IMG/VR virus record: IMGVR_UViG_3300020044_002851
Location: 1-40,143 of that record
Strand: one strand, 5' to 3'
Source: a virus
Lineage: Duplodnaviria > Caudoviricetes
Length of the DNA stretch: 40,143 nt
Numbering within the stretch: position 1 is the stretch's first letter; each line of letters opens with the position of its first letter. Positions 1 to 10,562 of this stretch are shown in pieces. The notes beneath the pieces are model-generated. The model was given only the letters and a program-made list of their open reading frames with translations. It did not search any database and had not been told where the DNA came from. Position numbers and translations under genes: made by a program.

Positions 1-736
1 TTGTCTCAGATGAAAAGCGCATATTGTATTGACCTATCTCATCGTCTCTGAATATATCTTTGTCCGGTACAAGCAAAGGAGCGCATACTTGCATTAACTC
101 ATCCTTAGATAAGTAAGCGTTCAAAGTTGTTGCCATACGATCATCCAGTCTAGCAACTACTTGCGGCACAAATCCAACACGCCTAACCTCGTCATCTTCG
201 TAATCTTCAAAATAGATTCTACGTTTCCATACGTGGCGACATCCATAAGAACCTTTGTAGTCAAATATAGAATAATTACCAAACTCAGGATTGGATAAGC
301 CGTTAATGATTTCCTCTTCAGTATAAAGTCTACCTAAAGATAAAACTTCAGCACAAAATGAACGTGTTTTATCATCATCAGGACCACTATATTCGTAACG
401 TACTAACCATTGACCTCCGCCACCTTTCTTTTGCAAATCGTTGTAGCTTTCAGAATCTTCAATACCTAAATTGATTTGACGCTTTGAAAGATATTCTTCC
501 TCCGTTACTTCTATCCAATTCTCAGGCTTAACAATTCCAACTGTTTTAAGATATTCTAATATTTTGGATTGGACTAATTCATCAGCTACTAAACGTGGAT
601 CGTGTGCATTAAGATAAACACCAACCTCTTCAATTGCAGGATCATTTACGTAGGCAATATTGCGCCATCCGAAAGCTGGCTTAGCACCCTCTCGAATCGG
701 TTTTAGTGTAACGTAATAAGTCGCAATTTCTGACAT
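1..736 (-). CDS. Prohead protease/MuF-like/scaffold protein, N-terminal part (cut by window edge), variant A
   Basis: ATG at 736 (MSEIATYYV...), collinear with 29908..30643 at offset 29907. Not in the ORF track because it runs off the edge. Confidence 0.85.
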   Translation of the reverse strand, partial: MSEIATYYVTLKPIREGAKPAFGWRNIAYVNDPAIEEVGVYLNAHDPRLVADELVQSKILEYLKTVGIVKPENWIEVTEEEYLSKRQINLGIEDSESYNDLQKKGGGGQWLVRYEYSGPDDDKTRSFCAEVLSLGRLYTEEEIINGLSNPEFGNYSIFDYKGSYGCRHVWKRRIYFEDYEDDEVRRVGFVPQVVARLDDRMATTLNAYLSKDELMQVCAPLLVPDKDIFRDDEIGQYNMRFSSET

Positions 737-758
737 ACAACTATATATGTAGAAAAAA
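737..758 (-). promoter_or_regulatory. Putative late-gene motif TTTTTTCTACATATATAGTTGT-ATG
   Basis: The same motif recurs just upstream of start codons at 8726, 27490, 30644 and 38636. Confidence 0.6.
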
Positions 759-759
759 C

Positions 760-1476
760 TTATTTGTTAGATTTTATGTAAGATAATTGGTTAAATGCTA
801 AATAAAGATTTTGGTCTAGCACATCGTTAAATTTTGTAATATCGAAATCAGCAAGCATATTTAGTACAACCATCCACTGGTTATCTCCTTGCTTTGCTCT
901 TGTTTTCATTTCTAATTGATACTCGGCTTTCTCCTCTTCGTTAAGCTCTTCAACTTTCACATCTGCATATGGGTCACTAAATAATTCATAGCTATTGAAA
1001 AACGTTTCACGAAATTTATTGTACTTTTTGCACGCTCCTAAAATTTGATTGATTGGTAACTCATCAATTAACTCACTTCGATAATCTACGTTCACATTTT
1101 TATAATCCTCCGTAATTACATCGTACATACCTCCACCACTTTCAGCAAGGTAAATAGTCGCAGCTATTTGTGAAATGTTTGGAGTAAATCCCTTTGAAAC
1201 ATATTCCTCCAGGTTAATGAATTGTCGAAGTGTTAATTTAGAAAATGGTTGTAACTTTAAAGTTACATTGTCAATCGTTATAGTTTCTGAATACCTATCT
1301 GAAATTTTTACTTTTGTTTGAGCTATTGAATAGGCATTTACTAATTTATCAACTCGCCATTCTTGAACGTCTAATGGGTCTAAATCGTCAACAACCGAAA
1401 CAAGGTGTATCATCTTATCAAATACACCTTCTAATGTTTCGGAGTTGATTTCTTTATACTGTCTTGTCAGCAGCAT
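760..1476 (-). CDS. Phage protein, possible tail assembly chaperone (238 aa), variant A
   Basis: Start moved to MLLTRQY at 1476 to match homolog 30667..31383. Function inferred from position next to the tape measure gene. Confidence 0.5.
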   Translation of the reverse strand: MLLTRQYKEINSETLEGVFDKMIHLVSVVDDLDPLDVQEWRVDKLVNAYSIAQTKVKISDRYSETITIDNVTLKLQPFSKLTLRQFINLEEYVSKGFTPNISQIAATIYLAESGGGMYDVITEDYKNVNVDYRSELIDELPINQILGACKKYNKFRETFFNSYELFSDPYADVKVEELNEEEKAEYQLEMKTRAKQGDNQWMVVLNMLADFDITKFNDVLDQNLYLAFNQLSYIKSNK

Positions 1477-2020
1477 CAATAAGCATTTGCACGTGTTCAA
1501 CGTATTGCTTTGATAAATCAAATATAACTGGGCTTGCAATATCAGCTGTTACAAATTCACCGAATAAATTTGCTTTGTGATCAATGTGCGCATCGGTATA
1601 ATGTTCGGTCTTTGTTAGCTGAGTATCTTTATACACAACTGCAAATGCTTTGTTTCCCCATGCTCCACCTTTACGGGCTAAGTTTTCAATCTTTGCTATA
1701 TCCTGAGCTGATAAATAAAGTTTACCATCTTCTAACTCACAAGCGTATTCCCGACCGTTACATTCAAAAGTAGGTTGTATTTTGTTTTTAACCTCAGTAA
1801 TTTGAACAGATTGAATAGCCTCGCCAAACATCTTTAACGGAATCACCTCTACTAATTCTTTACTTCCTAGAATAGACAAAACTTCTAACCATCTTTCAGT
1901 ATGGTCTTTATCCCCTTCCTTTTCAAGAATAGCACTAATCTTTGCTAGTTCGTTTAACGTCACCTCACTCCCAAGGTTACGCAATTGGTAATCATTACCT
2001 TTTATCTTTAGTGTTTTCAT
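1454..2020 (-). CDS. Phage protein, possible tail assembly chaperone (188 aa), variant A
   Basis: Conserved in both variants and adjacent to the tape measure gene. Function inferred from context. Confidence 0.5.
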   Translation of the reverse strand: MKTLKIKGNDYQLRNLGSEVTLNELAKISAILEKEGDKDHTERWLEVLSILGSKELVEVIPLKMFGEAIQSVQITEVKNKIQPTFECNGREYACELEDGKLYLSAQDIAKIENLARKGGAWGNKAFAVVYKDTQLTKTEHYTDAHIDHKANLFGEFVTADIASPVIFDLSKQYVEHVQMLIDAADKTV

Positions 2021-3948
2021 TATGCTAAAGTAACTTTATTATTCATCATTTGCAACTCATTACCTTTGTCTTGAATATCATGGTAATCTACAACCATCAC
2101 TTTGTTACGCTTTGAATTACTCTGAGCTGTTTGTTCAGCTGAATTATTCAAGTTCATTTGTGGTGTTTGTGATCCTTGTTGAATACCACCCATTGAAGGC
2201 ATAGCACCTCCACCACCACCACCTGGAGCAGCAGCACCTCCACCACCTGAAGCACCACCGCTATATCTAGCACTCGCTATCTTTGCAATATTTGCCGCAG
2301 TTGTAGCAATAGCAAAAGTTAACGAAGCAATACCAGCTGGTGAAGGGACTGGACCTATTGCAATAGGTGATTGAGCAAGTGAAGCTGTAATTGCTTTGTG
2401 ACCATCAATAACCGCCATCGCTAAATTCATAGCTTTTTGAATGTTGAATTGTCGCTTTGCCCTTTCTTCTTTAGACTTTTCGTCTTGTTTGCCTAGACTG
2501 TTTGAAATTGCAAATATTCCCTCAGATAATGCCACAACTGAATCTCTATAATTTTGCTCAATAGCTGCTTTTTCTGCTGCTTTCTCTTCAGCTTTTTTTA
2601 CTTCAGCTGCGTTTATTTCTTCATTCTTTTTAGCTAGTTCTTCAGCTGCTGTTATTACAGCTTGTTTTTGTGTTTCGACTAACTCGGCTTTCTTATCTGC
2701 GGCTTCTTTTTCTGCTGCCGCTTTTTCGTCTAAGTACTTTTTATCTAGTGCAAGTTCAGCAGCTAATTGTTGTTGTTTAAGCGCAAATGTTAATTTATCT
2801 TTTTCTGCTTTAAGTAGTTTCTCATTTGCTAAAGTATCAGCAATTAAACGCTCATATTTTATACGGTTTTCTTCGTATTCCTTAAACTGTGCATCTTTTA
2901 TCAATTCAGTTTCAGCATCTTGAATTGCTCTTAACGCTGCTAACCTATCCGCTTTTTCTTGCTTTGCTGCTGCCCTTCTTTTATCTGCTGCTGCTTTATT
3001 ATCCGCTGCTTGCTGTTCGTTCTTTTTATTATTCTCAGCCACCTCAGTAGCGTTAATAACTTGTATTTCTTGCTTTGCTTCGTTTATACCAGTCTTTAAA
3101 TCCGTTATTGCTTTACGTATTTCATCGGCTTTCTCCTTGGTTAAATCACCAGCCGCTTTCATTGATTCCATTTGTAAACGCAAAGCATCAATTTGCGCTC
3201 TTGACGTTTCAATAATAGCATACTGTTTTTGGCGTTCCATTTCGACAGTATTCTCTCCAGCTATTTGAGCCAATCTAATCTCATGGTCATAAGCATCTGT
3301 AACCTTTGCTCTTTTATCTGCGTGGCTTTGTGCAATCTTTTCTTGTGCTTCAGCTTGTTTAGCTGCTGCATCTTCAGCTGCATACGAAGTTAAACCAATC
3401 CAATCTAAAAAGTCTTTAAGTTGTTGAATCACCCAACCAATCGCATCACCAACAGCTTTAAATATTGTCTTTAGTATTCCTAACTCATCCAATAAAGCTA
3501 TGATTGCTCCTATAATAGCACCAACAACCGCAACGATTAAGAACAAAGGATTAGTTAAGATTGTTTTACCAATAGAAACGAAAGCCGATCCCATTTGTTT
3601 TAACGAGCCTATAGCATCTTTAAATGTGATTGACTTAGATGTTTGAGCAAACAACTTAGCACCATTCGTAACTCGGTCGAAGTCCATATCTCTTAAACCC
3701 GCTCCAATCTCACCTAATGAATTACTGACTTGTTCGTATTTTGATCCTGTTGCAAATACAGCTACTTGCTCATTCACTTCAGCCATTCTGTCCTTTAGTG
3801 CAGCGGCTTTTTGATTGAGTGCATCGAACTGAGCCGAGCCTAAGTCGGTTTGTTGAAGTTGTTGGATTGTTTCCCGTAGTTCAGCTTTTAAACTTTTAAC
3901 TGGTCTATCGTCAACCTCTACATTTATTTTAATTGTATTATCTGCCAT
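2020..3948 (-). CDS. Tail tape measure protein, variant A
   Basis: Ala/Lys/Glu-rich helical protein with the hydrophobic LTNPLFLIVAVVGAII segment, long coiled coils and a Gly-rich C-terminus. Confidence 0.85.
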   Translation of the reverse strand: MADNTIKINVEVDDRPVKSLKAELRETIQQLQQTDLGSAQFDALNQKAAALKDRMAEVNEQVAVFATGSKYEQVSNSLGEIGAGLRDMDFDRVTNGAKLFAQTSKSITFKDAIGSLKQMGSAFVSIGKTILTNPLFLIVAVVGAIIGAIIALLDELGILKTIFKAVGDAIGWVIQQLKDFLDWIGLTSYAAEDAAAKQAEAQEKIAQSHADKRAKVTDAYDHEIRLAQIAGENTVEMERQKQYAIIETSRAQIDALRLQMESMKAAGDLTKEKADEIRKAITDLKTGINEAKQEIQVINATEVAENNKKNEQQAADNKAAADKRRAAAKQEKADRLAALRAIQDAETELIKDAQFKEYEENRIKYERLIADTLANEKLLKAEKDKLTFALKQQQLAAELALDKKYLDEKAAAEKEAADKKAELVETQKQAVITAAEELAKKNEEINAAEVKKAEEKAAEKAAIEQNYRDSVVALSEGIFAISNSLGKQDEKSKEERAKRQFNIQKAMNLAMAVIDGHKAITASLAQSPIAIGPVPSPAGIASLTFAIATTAANIAKIASARYSGGASGGGGAAAPGGGGGGAMPSMGGIQQGSQTPQMNLNNSAEQTAQSNSKRNKVMVVDYHDIQDKGNELQMMNNKVTLA

Positions 3949-3951
3949 CTT

Positions 3952-6876
3952 TTATATTATTATCCAATCTGTACTATCTGAAATAACTGTGATACTTTGA
4001 TTTGGTGTTATCGTTTGTGTTACGATTCCATCAATTAAATTTGGGCTAGTTACACTTATATTCCCAGCACTTGTATTTTTAACTGTATATCTTTTACCGC
4101 CTTTAGTCTTGAATAAAGTTGAATCTAAAAGTGTAATAGTTGTAGCTGCTGTATCTTCTATTACTATTTCATCTTCTAATTTTACTGTATAATTCCCGCT
4201 CACAGCTCTAAGTGAAATACCTTCGCTAATAACCCCACCTATATAAACACCGCTTCGTGTTGGAGTTGTCAAATCACCGATTACCTTTGTGCCATTTAAT
4301 CCAACAGGAACGTTATTAATCGAACCCATTATTTGCACATCACTCGCTCGAACAGTATTAACATCACCTTGTATTTTAATCCGCTCACCAATTGCTAAGT
4401 TGTATTTACCATTGATTAAAATATCATTCCCTAATCTTATATTCGTGTCGCTATCCACCGTATTAAAGTGACGATTGACTACACCACTAAACGAAACAGT
4501 TGTGCCTCCAAATGGTCTAAATGGTCGCTTATATTTCAATCGCAACTTTTCGTCTGCTGTAATCAAATCTACTTTAGTGATCGTTCTTTTGCCTGAGTTG
4601 TAACCGTATATCTTTGATACGAAAAACCACCCGTTATCCTGAATGTATATCTTCCAATCTAGTGTTTTTGATAGCTTCTGAAAATCCGCCTCAGTTAAAT
4701 TGAAGTAACCAGTCAAGCGTTTGCCTTCATTGATTGTTGTAAGCTCTTGTTGGTGGTGTAAGTTGTATAAATAGTTAGTTGTTTGTCCTTGCTGAAACGA
4801 ATGGAATAATATGTTAGGTGAATCGTAACAGATACTGAAGTTAGGTATCAAATCATTGTCAAACATTGACGTTTGATTGTAATCAGTTACCTGAGCAACT
4901 AGATTTGAATTAGGTAGTAAATCGTCATAGAATGGATACTGTGATACTGTACCTACTCCGTTATGAAGTAACACACGAATATTACAATCAGGATTAACCC
5001 CATTGATTGAAGGTAAAGGAATGTTTATTCCACTCCCTACGCTCGGAGTTGGTGAATACATTATCTCTCTTTTATCCGTTCCGACTGTATACTCGTTGTC
5101 TAATATCAGCGTAGTTTGTCCATAAGTCTCAACAAATTCAGCTTGATAGGCTGCGTTTAATTCATCCTTATCGTCTTTATATTTATACTCCTGACGTTGT
5201 TTAACATCGTTGTTAAGAAACGTGATACTGTTCGGTTGCGACTCATCAAACTTCTCAGTCCAATCCCATTCTAAGCCATCGTTATAATATTTATCCCTAG
5301 TCTTAATAATTATATTTGTTTCATTATCAGGATCAGGAGTGAATAATAAATTATAGCTTTTTGACACCGCACTAATTAGATCTCTTTGCTTAATCTTCTT
5401 TGGAATGAATTGAGATACATCTACATTTGTCCCGTTAATCAATTCCGTAATATCAGGAATTGCTCTAAATTGTAGATTGGTAATATCAATATCGAATTCT
5501 AATCGTACTGGGTTGCCGCTTGAAGTATCTCTAAATCGAACTGGCAAACCACCTGACAAACTGTCTACACTTAACGAACTCATTAATGTATACTCTGGAG
5601 TGTTACCAACTTGTACACCTGTTGATGTGAAGTATCTTCCAAATATTAAGGCGTGAACGTCAAATTTTTCGTTTGCATCAAATATACCTATGTTAGCAAA
5701 TGAGGCATTATTTCCACTTGCTAAAGTTTGATACCCCGCAGCAAATGAAGTTGTGCCTGTACCAAATGATATAGCAGTTTGTCCCGCATCAATAAACGCA
5801 ACCTTGTTAACATTCGTTGTTGACTGAGCAACTAAACAAATTTTAATATCGCATCTATTCAAGCCACTCCCTAAACCACCAAACGCATTCCAACTAGCAC
5901 CACCTTGCGCACGTACTTGTATGTTATAATCGTAGTTCGTTAGTATCTGAAAATTTCTACCTTGACCGCTTAAGTTAGTTAGGTCATTGTTAACTGTCGA
6001 CCATTGACCTTGAGCATCTTCAAATATAGAAGATAAATCAATTTTAGAGTTAGCAGCTGCGGCGTAGTTGTTTACACTTACAGCACTCAGATAATCCAAC
6101 ATAGGAAGCCATCCGATAGGATAAGTTGGATTGCTTGTATTATCTATAATGTAGTTAGCCGAAGCCATCTCACCACGAACTGAGTATGCTTGTTTTAAAA
6201 AAGCCGCTATCGTATCATCACCTTGTTTACCATTGAACGGAATAATACGCTTATCCATTTGTATCGTATCTTCGTTGTATTCATCGAATGTAAACGTATA
6301 GCCATTTGTAGCAAATATCTTTTTAAAGTATTCCCATTCGTAGATAGCTGGCTTGAAATCTCTGAGCGTGTAGATGTTATCACTCTTTGCATATTGTGGA
6401 TAAGTATACCCACTTGTATTGGACCAACTAGCTATTATATTAGCTCGATTAAAAACATGGCTTAACTCAGGAAAAGACAGCTCAGTTAATTCCTTATCTC
6501 CCATCTCATTGAAGAAATTACTTACTTCATCGAATACGTTTATCTTATACTTGACTAGCTTGTGATTAGTTCCACGAACTCGGTTAACTCTAATGATTTC
6601 TAGTAACTGAATAAAGCCTTCAAACACTTCAACACCATTTTGTATTACGGATGCGATTGTTTTTCTATTACGGTTAAACGTATCGTTGCTTAAATCAATA
6701 TCGAATAGTGCGCCTAAAATAGTGGTGTTGTTTTCTGTTCCATCCACCTCTAGAGATCGTGAAGCTCCACCCGTTCTCGCACCTGATTTAGTTATTTCAG
6801 CGAATGACAAATCAATAGGGAAATCCGTTCCGATAGGTAAATCAATAAAGCCAGTTTCAAGTTGTATTCTAGTCAT
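3952..6876 (-). CDS. Large tail tip/baseplate hub-like protein (974 aa), variant A
   Basis: N-terminus IDLSFAEI...GASRSLEVDGTENN resembles Bacteroidota phage tail proteins. Large, beta-rich and next to the tape measure gene. Confidence 0.65.
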   Translation of the reverse strand: MTRIQLETGFIDLPIGTDFPIDLSFAEITKSGARTGGASRSLEVDGTENNTTILGALFDIDLSNDTFNRNRKTIASVIQNGVEVFEGFIQLLEIIRVNRVRGTNHKLVKYKINVFDEVSNFFNEMGDKELTELSFPELSHVFNRANIIASWSNTSGYTYPQYAKSDNIYTLRDFKPAIYEWEYFKKIFATNGYTFTFDEYNEDTIQMDKRIIPFNGKQGDDTIAAFLKQAYSVRGEMASANYIIDNTSNPTYPIGWLPMLDYLSAVSVNNYAAAANSKIDLSSIFEDAQGQWSTVNNDLTNLSGQGRNFQILTNYDYNIQVRAQGGASWNAFGGLGSGLNRCDIKICLVAQSTTNVNKVAFIDAGQTAISFGTGTTSFAAGYQTLASGNNASFANIGIFDANEKFDVHALIFGRYFTSTGVQVGNTPEYTLMSSLSVDSLSGGLPVRFRDTSSGNPVRLEFDIDITNLQFRAIPDITELINGTNVDVSQFIPKKIKQRDLISAVSKSYNLLFTPDPDNETNIIIKTRDKYYNDGLEWDWTEKFDESQPNSITFLNNDVKQRQEYKYKDDKDELNAAYQAEFVETYGQTTLILDNEYTVGTDKREIMYSPTPSVGSGINIPLPSINGVNPDCNIRVLLHNGVGTVSQYPFYDDLLPNSNLVAQVTDYNQTSMFDNDLIPNFSICYDSPNILFHSFQQGQTTNYLYNLHHQQELTTINEGKRLTGYFNLTEADFQKLSKTLDWKIYIQDNGWFFVSKIYGYNSGKRTITKVDLITADEKLRLKYKRPFRPFGGTTVSFSGVVNRHFNTVDSDTNIRLGNDILINGKYNLAIGERIKIQGDVNTVRASDVQIMGSINNVPVGLNGTKVIGDLTTPTRSGVYIGGVISEGISLRAVSGNYTVKLEDEIVIEDTAATTITLLDSTLFKTKGGKRYTVKNTSAGNISVTSPNLIDGIVTQTITPNQSITVISDSTDWIII

Positions 6877-8369
6877 TATCCGTTTATTTCGTCTTGTACA
6901 GCCATCGTGAATACTAGGTTAACTTTTCTATCTCTTGTTGTTCGTTTCAAGTGTAAAGGCATTGATGCGCTTGTTATCTTAATAGATTGGAAATCGTTTC
7001 CATCTATAGATACAAATGCTTGTGGTGAAGATAGTAATTCTCTCATAAACTGACACTCAGCCTCCGAAAGAATACCAGTGTTAACTGTATAGCTTATTGT
7101 CTCTTCAACATGGTAGGTTTCGTCTCCTGTATCTGTTGTGTTATAAGTCCAACTTTCACCATCTAAGTTACCGTACTTCTTTCTAATATCATCACGCTGT
7201 ACAGCTTGGTTCATATAACTACCTTTGTAAAATGGTATAGTTATCCATGAGCCTAAACGATCTAAAAAGCAAATATCATAAGTTGTATGCCCATCACATT
7301 CTGAATAAAGATTGATTGTTTTCTCTTCTGACTTTAGAGTATCATCATCCTCTCTAATTTGTACAGTATAGCTTGTTACGTTTGTTAAATCAATTGTTCC
7401 GACAAATGGAATCCAAGTACCTGAAAATTCTTCTGTGATTATTAAATCACTTGGAAGCGCATCAAATAAAACTACATTATCACCCATTGATGTTAATGGG
7501 TATCTATAAAGCGTTCCATTGATATTAAACACCACGTTATGTGTTGCGGCATTATCCAAGTAACAACTAAGCCATGTTGACTTTTGGCGACTTATTCTAA
7601 CATCATAATCCTTGTTAAAAATAGTTGTTAAAAATTGCTTTGAATCACCATCACAAATATAATCTGTATGGTCATATCCTTTGAATCTATAAAAACCAAA
7701 CGCTCCCTTGTATGCTTTTTTAACGCTTGTAGTAATTCCGCTTACAGTAGTTTTTTGACCATCCGCAAATGAAGATACACCAGCACTTGCTCCACCTGAA
7801 CCAATCCAACCCAAATCTAAAACAGTATAATAAACACCAGCCGAAAGAAACACATCCAGCACCGTATGTATACCATCTAACTCAGGTCGAAAGTTTACGC
7901 TTGGTGTTTGAGCCACTAGAATAACATCACCAGCTGAATATATCGGAGCTGTTGCCTGAGCTAACATTGTTCGTGAGAATCCATTTGGATTGACTGAAGG
8001 ATTTGAAAAGTTAGCCCATGTTGCTGCACCAGCGAAACCGTAATCTGTAAAAGCTAAATTAACATAGTAACTCTCATCTACTGTAACTGTATAACTTACT
8101 TGGTGACCATCTGCAATATAAGAAGTCAACTGTCTAAAATCATTGTACAATTGTGTTTGAACTAATTTAGCTATATCAATCTCACCATACAAAGTACTTG
8201 GAATAGGCTTGAGTTTATACGTTCCAATCACCTCCGAAGTTGTGTCGTTGGTTACTGTTATAATGTATCTAAAACCTAACTCATTGCTCACCGTACTATC
8301 AAAATAAAAGTACATCGGATTGTACGAAGGTGTTAAAAATTGAGGTGTTGCTAGTGTTGTTACTGCCAT
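6876..8369 (-). CDS. Tail structural protein, distal-tail-like (497 aa), variant A
   Basis: C-terminal FLDRLGSW...NTGILSE...RELLSSPQ motif resembles Bacteroidota phage tail proteins that precede the large tail gene. Confidence 0.55.
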   Translation of the reverse strand: MAVTTLATPQFLTPSYNPMYFYFDSTVSNELGFRYIITVTNDTTSEVIGTYKLKPIPSTLYGEIDIAKLVQTQLYNDFRQLTSYIADGHQVSYTVTVDESYYVNLAFTDYGFAGAATWANFSNPSVNPNGFSRTMLAQATAPIYSAGDVILVAQTPSVNFRPELDGIHTVLDVFLSAGVYYTVLDLGWIGSGGASAGVSSFADGQKTTVSGITTSVKKAYKGAFGFYRFKGYDHTDYICDGDSKQFLTTIFNKDYDVRISRQKSTWLSCYLDNAATHNVVFNINGTLYRYPLTSMGDNVVLFDALPSDLIITEEFSGTWIPFVGTIDLTNVTSYTVQIREDDDTLKSEEKTINLYSECDGHTTYDICFLDRLGSWITIPFYKGSYMNQAVQRDDIRKKYGNLDGESWTYNTTDTGDETYHVEETISYTVNTGILSEAECQFMRELLSSPQAFVSIDGNDFQSIKITSASMPLHLKRTTRDRKVNLVFTMAVQDEING

Positions 8370-8725
8370 TATCTAAAAGTTTGATCTATTTGGTATTCCA
8401 TGCTTATCGCTGCTATTTTTTCTATTTGGTCCAGTACTTTCTCACGCTTCATAAATGCCTTAGTCAAATCACGTTTAACTTTGCCGCCCTTCCATTTTCT
8501 ACTGTAACCCTCATCAACGTAGATATAATAAAACGCTCTATTTCCATCAATCTCTAGTTGTATATCGTTACTCATTACATCCCATTTCACTCTGACAACC
8601 CTAGTTACGTTCTTCATTAAACCAGTATCAACAGCGTGCTGTCTAATGATTTCTTTCTTTATCTCAGTATTGAACACTCTAGTCGCTGTACCTATTCGCC
8701 TCCATACATCATTCTGAGTTGCCAT
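8369..8725 (-). CDS. HK97 gp10-like neck/tail-completion protein, variant A
   Basis: Basic 118-aa protein with AVDTGLM (VDTGxL motif) and FYYIYVDEG. Confidence 0.55.
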   Translation of the reverse strand: MATQNDVWRRIGTATRVFNTEIKKEIIRQHAVDTGLMKNVTRVVRVKWDVMSNDIQLEIDGNRAFYYIYVDEGYSRKWKGGKVKRDLTKAFMKREKVLDQIEKIAAISMEYQIDQTFR

Positions 8726-8744
8726 ACTTTATATGTAGAAAAAA
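8726..8744 (-). promoter_or_regulatory. Putative late-gene motif TTTTTTCTACATATAAAGT-ATG
   Basis: Recurrent motif directly upstream of the ATG. Confidence 0.6.
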
Positions 8745-8752
8745 TACGTTTG

Positions 8753-9943
8753 TTAAACAAAAAATCTTGGTGCATCAGGACTGAATGTATTTGTTTGAAA
8801 ATAGTAACGTATCGCGTCAATGGCATGGTTATAATTATCAATCGGTTTATTCGTTGCGTTACCATCACGATCAGTAGCCCAAGTGTATTTACGGAACTCA
8901 TTGATTAAATTTAGACTTCTTGACGTTACTCTCAAATCTAATTCTTGCATTCTACTTACACCGTAAACAATTGAATCCGCTCCCTTCTTTGCGTCTTGCA
9001 TTCGCCACCCTAAAGTTTGCAGCTCATCGTTGGATTTCATTTCAGCACTATCTCCCGTAATCGTTGTATAACGGTCAACACCTAATTCAATCATCTTGTT
9101 AGAAATGGCTTGATTGAGTAACCCTGTTTGATAAATCAATTCATCCAGGTAGTAAATATTATCAGCGTAGTATATTCCCACCAATGCAGTTGGATCGTTT
9201 CGATAACCGTAATCTAATCCATAACCTAGCAACTTGGCGTGTTCTGGTATCTTATCGACTTGTGACCAATTATTGAATACAACCCCCTGAAGGTTACCAA
9301 TCTCACCTAATCCGTATACTTGCCACCAATTCCACCAATATCCCCTTTGACCTCTTGCATCTTCTTGCTCAGCTTTCATCTTCTTATAGAGCAAATCTTC
9401 TAGTGTTGGGCTTGGTATTGCTTCATTGTCCAGGTAGGTTAATTTTAAGAACTCCGAGTTAGGCTGCTGTAAAATTTCTGTATGCGCCCAAAATTCACTA
9501 TCAGCGTTAAAGTCAATCCAAACTTCTTGAGATCGTATTATTAAAGCATCTGCAATAGGATAAGGAATGTGATTACCTTCGTTTAAAAATAGTATGTCTC
9601 GTTTACCAGCTGCCTTTGCTTTACCAACTGAATCAAATGACTTGAATTGTATCTTTGATTTATTCAGAGACGTATAAACTAACTCAGTTGCGTTCCATTG
9701 CTCATCCATCCATCTACCCTCATCCATCATGAAATTCTTGAATATATCAACGCATCCTTCTTTAACTGCTGGGAGTGTTTCAGCTACAACCGTAACTTTT
9801 AAACGTGGTGTTGCTAAACATTTATCATAAATAATCGGAATGATACCGTAAGTTTTACCACTCGATGTAGCTCCCTGAATCACCTTTTTACGGGCTTTCA
9901 TATCAAGCATTTTTCTTAAAGATGTAGTAACTTCAAATGGCAT
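8753..9943 (-). CDS. terL: Terminase large subunit (PBSX-like), intein-free allele
   Basis: Walker A QGATSSGKT, Walker B ILFLNE, and nuclease motifs GLDYG and NHAIDAIRY. Confidence 0.95.
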   Translation of the reverse strand: MPFEVTTSLRKMLDMKARKKVIQGATSSGKTYGIIPIIYDKCLATPRLKVTVVAETLPAVKEGCVDIFKNFMMDEGRWMDEQWNATELVYTSLNKSKIQFKSFDSVGKAKAAGKRDILFLNEGNHIPYPIADALIIRSQEVWIDFNADSEFWAHTEILQQPNSEFLKLTYLDNEAIPSPTLEDLLYKKMKAEQEDARGQRGYWWNWWQVYGLGEIGNLQGVVFNNWSQVDKIPEHAKLLGYGLDYGYRNDPTALVGIYYADNIYYLDELIYQTGLLNQAISNKMIELGVDRYTTITGDSAEMKSNDELQTLGWRMQDAKKGADSIVYGVSRMQELDLRVTSRSLNLINEFRKYTWATDRDGNATNKPIDNYNHAIDAIRYYFQTNTFSPDAPRFFV

Positions 9944-10167
9944 TATAGATCTCTAATGATAATTAAAATCTTTTCTTTGATAGCTGTCATCTCATGCTCA
10001 TCCCAAACTGATTCCCATTTCTGTTCATCTGTGAATCCGTTTAGTACTGGCTTAGTTAAAGTTAGTAATGATTGTATAGAAGCTAGTTTATCAATCTTCA
10101 ATCTAGTAGGCATAAATCTCACCTCTAGCTCTTCTTTAACTTCTGCAATCATTTCTCTATCGGTCAT
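9943..10167 (-). CDS. Hypothetical phage protein (74 aa)
   Basis: Start and stop overlap the neighbouring terS and terL genes. Confidence 0.7.
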   Translation of the reverse strand: MTDREMIAEVKEELEVRFMPTRLKIDKLASIQSLLTLTKPVLNGFTDEQKWESVWDEHEMTAIKEKILIIIRDL

Positions 10168-10562
10168 AAGTTGAATATTCGTGGCTCGCCTTTAACATCC
10201 AATTCTTTCTTATCAGCTAATCCGTTTAGACGCTGTGTAATTGAAGCGTTATAAACACTAGCCATGCCTCCTTCGATTTGGTCTTGTCTGATTTCTTCCT
10301 TACACGCATGACAGATAGTCATATATTCGTTGTATCGATTATCTTCATTATCGAAATATTGCTTAATACAACCTACTTCTTTTCTTGCGTAATTCTTAAA
10401 TCCTTCAAATGTTAACGGTCTTTCTCTTTCACGATAAACCATATCCCCATCCTTACCTACATAATCTTGAACTAGAAATGGATTGCTCTTCGTAGCATAT
10501 CTATACGCTTCAAATAGCTCCCACATCTTCTCAGGTGATTCTATGTATTTATGCTTCGCCAT
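10164..10562 (-). CDS. terS: Terminase small subunit / DNA packaging protein
   Basis: KYIESPEKMWELFEAY...ERPLTFEGF...DQIEGGMASVYNASITQRLNGL pattern, upstream of terL. Confidence 0.8.
   Translation of the reverse strand: MAKHKYIESPEKMWELFEAYRYATKSNPFLVQDYVGKDGDMVYRERERPLTFEGFKNYARKEVGCIKQYFDNEDNRYNEYMTICHACKEEIRQDQIEGGMASVYNASITQRLNGLADKKELDVKGEPRIFNL

Larger units (their letters stand above)
1..9426. repeat. Variant A copy of the diverged block (TerL C-terminus to prohead protease N-terminus); homologous to 29908..40143
   Basis: Same gene order and near-identical proteins, with frequent mostly synonymous substitutions. 1..121 is identical to 29908..30028, and 9306..9426 is identical to 40023..40143. 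Confidence 0.97.

Noticed and set aside
1477-1539. 259-aa extended start, or a programmed frameshift between the 188-aa and 238-aa genes
   Set aside because: The extension is not kept in variant B, where the ORF starts at 31383, and I saw no canonical slippery heptamer at the overlap.
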